The notes below the pieces were generated by a model. That model saw only the letters and a program-made list of their open reading frames with translations. It did no database searches and was not told the origin of the DNA. From a virus (Duplodnaviria; Caudoviricetes): a stretch of DNA of 27,297 nucleotides. The stretch covers positions 1 through 27,297 of IMG/VR virus record IMGVR_UViG_3300014202_000924. The stretch is one strand, 5' to 3'. Below, one piece after another: positions 25,343 through 27,297 of the stretch. The position numbers and the translations under genes were made by a program. Position 1 is the stretch's first letter. The number at the start of each line of letters is the position of its first letter.

Positions 25343-26891
25343 ATTTCTTTTTGAAGGGTTGCTTCTGCATATCAGGCATTTCGGTGCCCAATTCAGAAGG
25401 TGGATTGTATTGGAGATTATCTGTCTCTGCTGCAATCTTCTCATCCTCTTCATCAATTTCATCTTGAGTCTGACGCAATACCATTTTACGAATCTTCTCA
25501 TGAGAGTAATATTTACCTGCATATTGCTCAATCAATTGCAAGGTATTCAATCTACCCATCAAGACTTCATTGTCCTTCATTTCATCAAAATAGTTATCCT
25601 TTGCATATTGGAAATCTATTTTGTTTTCAATTTCAGCCCAATCTTCGCTAGTTATAATGCCTTTCAGCAACAATTGTTTTTCAAGAACTTTCAAAAACAT
25701 CATTGAAAAACGACGGCGCAATCTATCAACAAATTTTGCAAATTTTACTTCATCTCTAGTAATTTCTGTTGCACGCCCAACACTATATACTGATTCTGGA
25801 TCCATTCTAGAAATTGGCACATTCAATGAGCGGAACAATTTCTTTTGGAAATATTCGACGTCTTGCAATTCACCCAAATTTTGTCCTGCTGGCAATGTTG
25901 TTATCTCGGTTCCTTTTCCACCTTCACGGCGAGGCAACCAGAAATCTTCTAACATTGTCATGAATTTTCTATCATCCTTAATTTCACCTGTAGCTACATC
26001 ATATACAAGCTTATTCTTAAATCGTGTCATTAGATCGCGAACATATTGTTCTGCTTTCATCTTTGGCAAATTGCCAACATCGATATAGAAAATTCTTCGT
26101 TCAGGTGCTCTGGAAATTCTATAAATTACAGTAGCATCTTCCATAGCACGTAATTGGTTTAAAGGCTTGATGGCCTTATGAAGATATGATAATACCATAT
26201 CACCATTATTATTTAACAATCCACTAGTAGTATAGATTATGCTATCTTTAGCAATCTTAACACCTGATGCAACAGGAGTCGATGCTGAGTATATTGCTGT
26301 ATTCTGAGCAAATCCTCGTTCATTGTATATGTAAAATTCACTAACTGTTTTTTGTAAAACAATCTCTTTGTTTTCTTTGTCACGAACCTTTTTTGTTTCG
26401 CGAACTTTTCTGATCTTTCTAGGATCAATATAGCGAAGTTCTTTAATACCTTCTCTTGGAGCAGTTTCATCAATGATTGCATGGTAATATAAACGACCGT
26501 CTACATACCAACGCTTATAAATTTCATATGCGAGTGTAGTGAATTCGAGCAATTCTAAAACGTAATCAAATTCTTCTGTAATTATTTTCTTGATTGCAGA
26601 AGATAATTTTGTTCTTTCAAGAACAATTTTTATGATTGGTTCATCATTGTCAACAGTGATAGAATCATTTACAATATCATCAATGGCCATCTCAACTTCA
26701 GGAATGCCAGCCATATCACGATATTTGGATATCAGTTCAGTTTCTGTTCGAACAGATCCATCTAAATCTACATATGTCCCATATGCACCGCCCGCACTGA
26801 CTACAACTGCACCATCATCTTCAACTTGAGGTGCAAAAGAAACATGCTGCTCTTCTTCAGGGCGCTTTATCTCAAATCCAAATAATTTCAT
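25341..26891 (-). CDS. gp20: Portal protein gp20
   Basis: WYVDGRLYYH, ELRYIDPRKI, YRISRAPERRIFYIDVGNLP, EDFWLPRREGGKGTEITTLP, EITRDEVKF. Confidence 0.98.
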   Translation of the reverse strand: MKLFGFEIKRPEEEQHVSFAPQVEDDGAVVVSAGGAYGTYVDLDGSVRTETELISKYRDMAGIPEVEMAIDDIVNDSITVDNDEPIIKIVLERTKLSSAIKKIITEEFDYVLELLEFTTLAYEIYKRWYVDGRLYYHAIIDETAPREGIKELRYIDPRKIRKVRETKKVRDKENKEIVLQKTVSEFYIYNERGFAQNTAIYSASTPVASGVKIAKDSIIYTTSGLLNNNGDMVLSYLHKAIKPLNQLRAMEDATVIYRISRAPERRIFYIDVGNLPKMKAEQYVRDLMTRFKNKLVYDVATGEIKDDRKFMTMLEDFWLPRREGGKGTEITTLPAGQNLGELQDVEYFQKKLFRSLNVPISRMDPESVYSVGRATEITRDEVKFAKFVDRLRRRFSMMFLKVLEKQLLLKGIITSEDWAEIENKIDFQYAKDNYFDEMKDNEVLMGRLNTLQLIEQYAGKYYSHEKIRKMVLRQTQDEIDEEDEKIAAETDNLQYNPPSELGTEMPDMQKQPFKKK

Positions 26892-26902
26892 TTATATACC
26901 TC

Positions 26903-26930
26903 AAAAAGAGGGAGTGTTTAGCTCCCTCTT
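26903..26930 (-). terminator. Terminator-like hairpin between gp19 and gp20
   Basis: 9-bp stem AAGAGGGAG/CTCCCTCTT with a 7-nt loop and short U tract, directly followed by the GAGG RBS of gp20. Confidence 0.7.
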
Positions 26931-26939
26931 CATTTTATA

Positions 26940-27297
26940 TTAAGCCCCGCCAGCTCTACCTGTCACTCCACCAGAAACTTCCCACCAATCATATTGGAAT
27001 GTTACTGTGAATGTTTCAATAGTATCAACAGCATTCCAATCTAGTTCGATGCTTGATACTTCTTCAGGATATATTCCATTGAACTGATATGTTCTAATAG
27101 GTACACCTGTCTTTGAGTATTGAATTACTTGTGCTTGTGCCTTGTAAAGCAGAGGACTTGCTGAACCAAATGCACGAAGATTTCCTTGGAATGAGTTGAT
27201 CTTGTTTGACCACTCTTCCATAGCATTTCTGATAAGGAAATCTTCATCATTGATTACTTGGACAGTCCATGGTGCGAACTGTCTGTCACCTGCCAAC
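26940..27297 (-). CDS. gp19: Tail tube protein gp19 (3' part; start outside window)
   Basis: AGDRQFAPWTVQVINDEDFLIRNAMEEW, YP..VSSIELDW, FTVTFQYDWW; upstream of gp20. Confidence 0.93.
   Translation of the reverse strand, partial: LAGDRQFAPWTVQVINDEDFLIRNAMEEWSNKINSFQGNLRAFGSASPLLYKAQAQVIQYSKTGVPIRTYQFNGIYPEEVSSIELDWNAVDTIETFTVTFQYDWWEVSGGVTGRAGGA

Noticed and set aside
24451-26482. Nested minus-strand ORFs 24451-24651, 25334-25531 and 26237-26482
   Set aside because: Alternative frames inside longer supported genes, with no sign of independent function.
2664-26829. All plus-strand ORFs in the track (e.g. 8065-8592, 10163-10516, 21224-21523, 25621-26088)
   Set aside because: They lie antisense to well-supported minus-strand genes and show no recognisable motifs; they are shadow ORFs.
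1-27297. CRISPR arrays, tRNAs, introns, inteins, homing endonucleases, stop-codon recoding
   Set aside because: None seen. Intergenic gaps are short, core genes are uninterrupted and of normal length, and the standard code gives dense coding.

Overview
A 27.3 kb AT-rich segment of a large T4-like myophage genome, with every credible gene on the minus strand. In transcription order (right to left) it carries the late head/tail module (gp19 partial, gp20 portal, gp67-like, a 544 aa probable internal head polyprotein, a small protein with a capsid-targeting sequence, gp21, gp22, gp23). Next come a self-contained outer-membrane beta-barrel gene, gp3, uvsY, speD-like, MazG-like, uvsW, gp55, gp47 and gp46. 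About 10 kb of accessory genes then sit between gp46 and gp45/gp44. This block is a tightly coupled operon for 7-deazaguanine synthesis and probable DNA insertion (folE, queD, queE, queC, queF and a TGT-fold DpdA-like enzyme). It also holds possible tailoring or anti-defence genes: a stand-alone class II glutamine amidotransferase, a CxxxCxxCC metalloprotein (DpdM-like candidate), NADAR, a DEDDh exonuclease, DUF3310 and a GT-A glycosyltransferase-like protein. All calls come from motif recognition and synteny. No database searches were run.
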